Part shown: positions 62,222-64,000 of the stretch, one piece after another
How positions within the stretch are numbered: the first letter of the stretch is position 1
Layout: each line of letters opens with the position of its first letter
NCBI GenBank assembly: GCA_937877455.1
Contig: CALFIU010000053.1
Coordinates: 7,589 to 71,588, forward strand
Length of the DNA stretch: 64,000 nucleotides
Source: an uncultured Bacteroidales bacterium
GTDB taxonomy: Bacteria > Bacteroidota > Bacteroidia > Bacteroidales > UBA3824
Direction: 5' to 3'
Made by a program: the position numbers and the translations under genes
Notes under the pieces: generated by a model
What the model saw: the letters and a program-made list of their open reading frames with translations, nothing else
Databases searched by the model: none
Told to the model about the DNA's origin: nothing

Positions 62222-63115
62222 ATGCAACTAAGAGCCGAACATATAATAAAAAAATACGGAAAACGCACCGTTGTAAAAGATGTATCAATAAACGTTTCGC
62301 AAGGTGAGATAGTAGGCCTACTTGGACCAAACGGTGCAGGTAAAACCACATCGTTTTACATGATAGTTGGACTAATAAAACCCAATGGCGGTAAAATATT
62401 TCTTGACAACAAAGAAATAACCACCGAACCAATGTATCGTCGTGCAAAATTTGGTGTGGGATATTTGCCACAAGAAGCCTCTGTATTTAGGCAAATGAGC
62501 GTAGAAGACAACATAAAATCGGTGATGGAAGTCCGCGGTTTTGACAAAAAATATCAAAAAGAAAAACTCGAAAGTTTAATAGATGAATTTGGACTTGGAC
62601 ACATACGAAAAAGTCTTGGAATACAGCTATCAGGCGGAGAACGACGTCGAACAGAAATTGCGCGTGCATTGGCCGTTGATCCAAAATTTATTCTTCTTGA
62701 CGAGCCATTTGCTGGCGTTGACCCAATAGCAGTGGAAGACATTCAGGGTATAGTGGCAACATTAAAAAACAAAAACATCGGCATTCTAATAACAGACCAC
62801 AATGTTGACGAAACACTTTCAATAACCGACCGCGCTTATTTACTATACGACGGAAAAATACTCGAACAAGGTACACCAGAACACCTCGCTGCTGACCCCG
62901 AAGTTAGAAGGCTTTATTTGGGTAAAAACTTTGTTTTGCGTCGTCCTGCATTTATTGTAAATAAAGAAGATAATCCTCCTGAAATACAGATAAATACTTT
63001 AGAAGACGTTGACAACAATCAACCTCAAGAAATAAAAAACAATAAGATTGAAACTACAGAACAACAAACGTCCAATCAACAGATAATTAATAATACAAAC
63101 AGCAACATAGAATAA
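62222..63115 (+). CDS. lptB: LPS export ABC transporter ATP-binding protein with a Q/N-rich C-terminal extension
   Basis: N-terminus MQLRAEHIIKKYGKRTVVKDVS, Walker A GPNGAGKTT, signature motif LSGGERRR, and Walker B ILLDEPFAGVDP. About 55 extra C-terminal residues are low-complexity. Confidence 0.85.
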   Translation: MQLRAEHIIKKYGKRTVVKDVSINVSQGEIVGLLGPNGAGKTTSFYMIVGLIKPNGGKIFLDNKEITTEPMYRRAKFGVGYLPQEASVFRQMSVEDNIKSVMEVRGFDKKYQKEKLESLIDEFGLGHIRKSLGIQLSGGERRRTEIARALAVDPKFILLDEPFAGVDPIAVEDIQGIVATLKNKNIGILITDHNVDETLSITDRAYLLYDGKILEQGTPEHLAADPEVRRLYLGKNFVLRRPAFIVNKEDNPPEIQINTLEDVDNNQPQEIKNNKIETTEQQTSNQQIINNTNSNIE

Positions 63116-63118
63116 AAA

Positions 63119-63901
63119 ATGGAATTAAATTTAACCAAACCAATAGCTTTTTTTGACCTTGAAACAACGGGTATAAATATAACTTACGATCAGATAATTG
63201 AAATTTGCGTACTTAAAATAAATCCCAATCATAGTGAAGAAACGTTTTATAGCCGCGTAAAACCAAGTGTTCCAATAAGTAAAGAATCAAAAGAAATAAC
63301 AGGCATAACAGAAGAAGATTTAAAAGATTGCCCAACATTTGCCGAAATAGCCCCAAAATTATCGGCATTTATTGATAACTGTGATCTTGGCGGTTTTAAT
63401 TCCAACAAGTTCGACATACCTCTACTTGTTGAAGAGTTTTTACGCGCCAATGTTGACTTTGATGTAAAAAAACGCAAAATGATAGATGCACAAGTGATAT
63501 ATCACAAAATGGAACAACGCACTCTATCGGCAGCATACAAATTCTATTGCAACAAAGATCTCACCGATGCTCATAGTGCCGATGCTGACACTCGCGCAAC
63601 ATACGAAGTGTTAAAAGCACAACTTGACAAATACCATGACCTTGAAAACAATGTTGAACAACTTGCTAAATTTTCTACGCAAACCAACAACGCTGATTTT
63701 GCTGGTAGAATAGTATATAACGATAAAGGCGAAGAAGTTATAAATTTTGGAAAACACAAAGGCACAAAAGTTATCGACGTACTAAAAAAAGAACCTGGCT
63801 ATTACCAATGGATGATGAACAACGATTTTCCTCTCTACACAAAAAAAATACTTACTGCCATAAAACTTAAAATGGAATTTTCCAACACAAAATTAAAATA
63901 A
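63119..63901 (+). CDS. DEDDh 3'-5' exonuclease (DnaQ/epsilon-like domain protein)
   Basis: Exo I motif FFDLETTG, with later H-x4-D (HSADADT). It is 260 aa long. Confidence 0.75.
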   Translation: MELNLTKPIAFFDLETTGINITYDQIIEICVLKINPNHSEETFYSRVKPSVPISKESKEITGITEEDLKDCPTFAEIAPKLSAFIDNCDLGGFNSNKFDIPLLVEEFLRANVDFDVKKRKMIDAQVIYHKMEQRTLSAAYKFYCNKDLTDAHSADADTRATYEVLKAQLDKYHDLENNVEQLAKFSTQTNNADFAGRIVYNDKGEEVINFGKHKGTKVIDVLKKEPGYYQWMMNNDFPLYTKKILTAIKLKMEFSNTKLK

Positions 63902-63929
63902 TAAACTTCAACTTTCGCAAGTAATTATT

Positions 63930-63976
63930 AACCACGATACTCACGAAACAATTTTCATTTCGTGGGTATCGTGGTT
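63930..63976 (+). terminator. Terminator hairpin
   Basis: 19-bp stem aaccacgatactcacgaaa / tttcgtgggtatcgtggtt with one mismatch. Confidence 0.55.
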
Positions 63977-64000
63977 TAATTTTCATTATTACAAATAATT

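Noticed and set aside
1-64000. tRNA, rRNA, tmRNA and RNase P genes
   Set aside because: I scanned intergenic gaps longer than 100 bp by eye for T-loop (GGTTCGAATCC-like) and RNase P (GAGGAAAGTCC) signatures and found none. A tRNAscan or Infernal run would be needed to be definitive.

Overview
The window looks like low-GC (about 35%) Bacteroidota chromosome, probably Bacteroidales-like. Supporting signs are several TAnnTTTG -7 promoter boxes just upstream of start codons, lipoprotein and OMP-rich gene content, and PorT-like and SurA/FKBP clusters. It is densely coding and mostly housekeeping.

Gene content:
- Core functions: lpxK (partial), ilvBN, alaS, rpe, truA, valS, purF, hisS, birA, yaaA and lptB.
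- A chaperone cluster: three parvulin/SurA-like genes, MoxR and two FKBP genes.
- A copZ-copA pair.
- A small mannan-type glycan locus: SASA esterase, GH26 and an AGE epimerase.
- GH3, a MATE transporter and a POT transporter.
- Two large sensor-SpoIIE (PP2C) phosphatases.
- A 1318-aa secreted beta-helix-like surface protein.

I found no rRNA, tRNA, CRISPR array, transposase, integrase or recognisable defence operon. I do not see a clear multi-gene novel system.

The most unusual signals are non-coding:
1. A phased array of about 6.5 x 42-bp tandem repeats lies at 20415-20691. The junctions between units form an 18-bp perfect palindrome. The array abuts the decayed 3' end of the giant surface-protein gene, which carries an in-frame TAG and a frameshift.
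2. A family of palindromic intergenic elements shares termini of consensus CGTNAATTTCATTTGA. There are three copies, two of which carry GC-rich hairpins.
3. A DUF3127 protein ends in an SSB-like Gly-rich linker plus a DDDLPF tip.

All functional calls come from reading the translated ORFs and recalling motifs. No database search was run.
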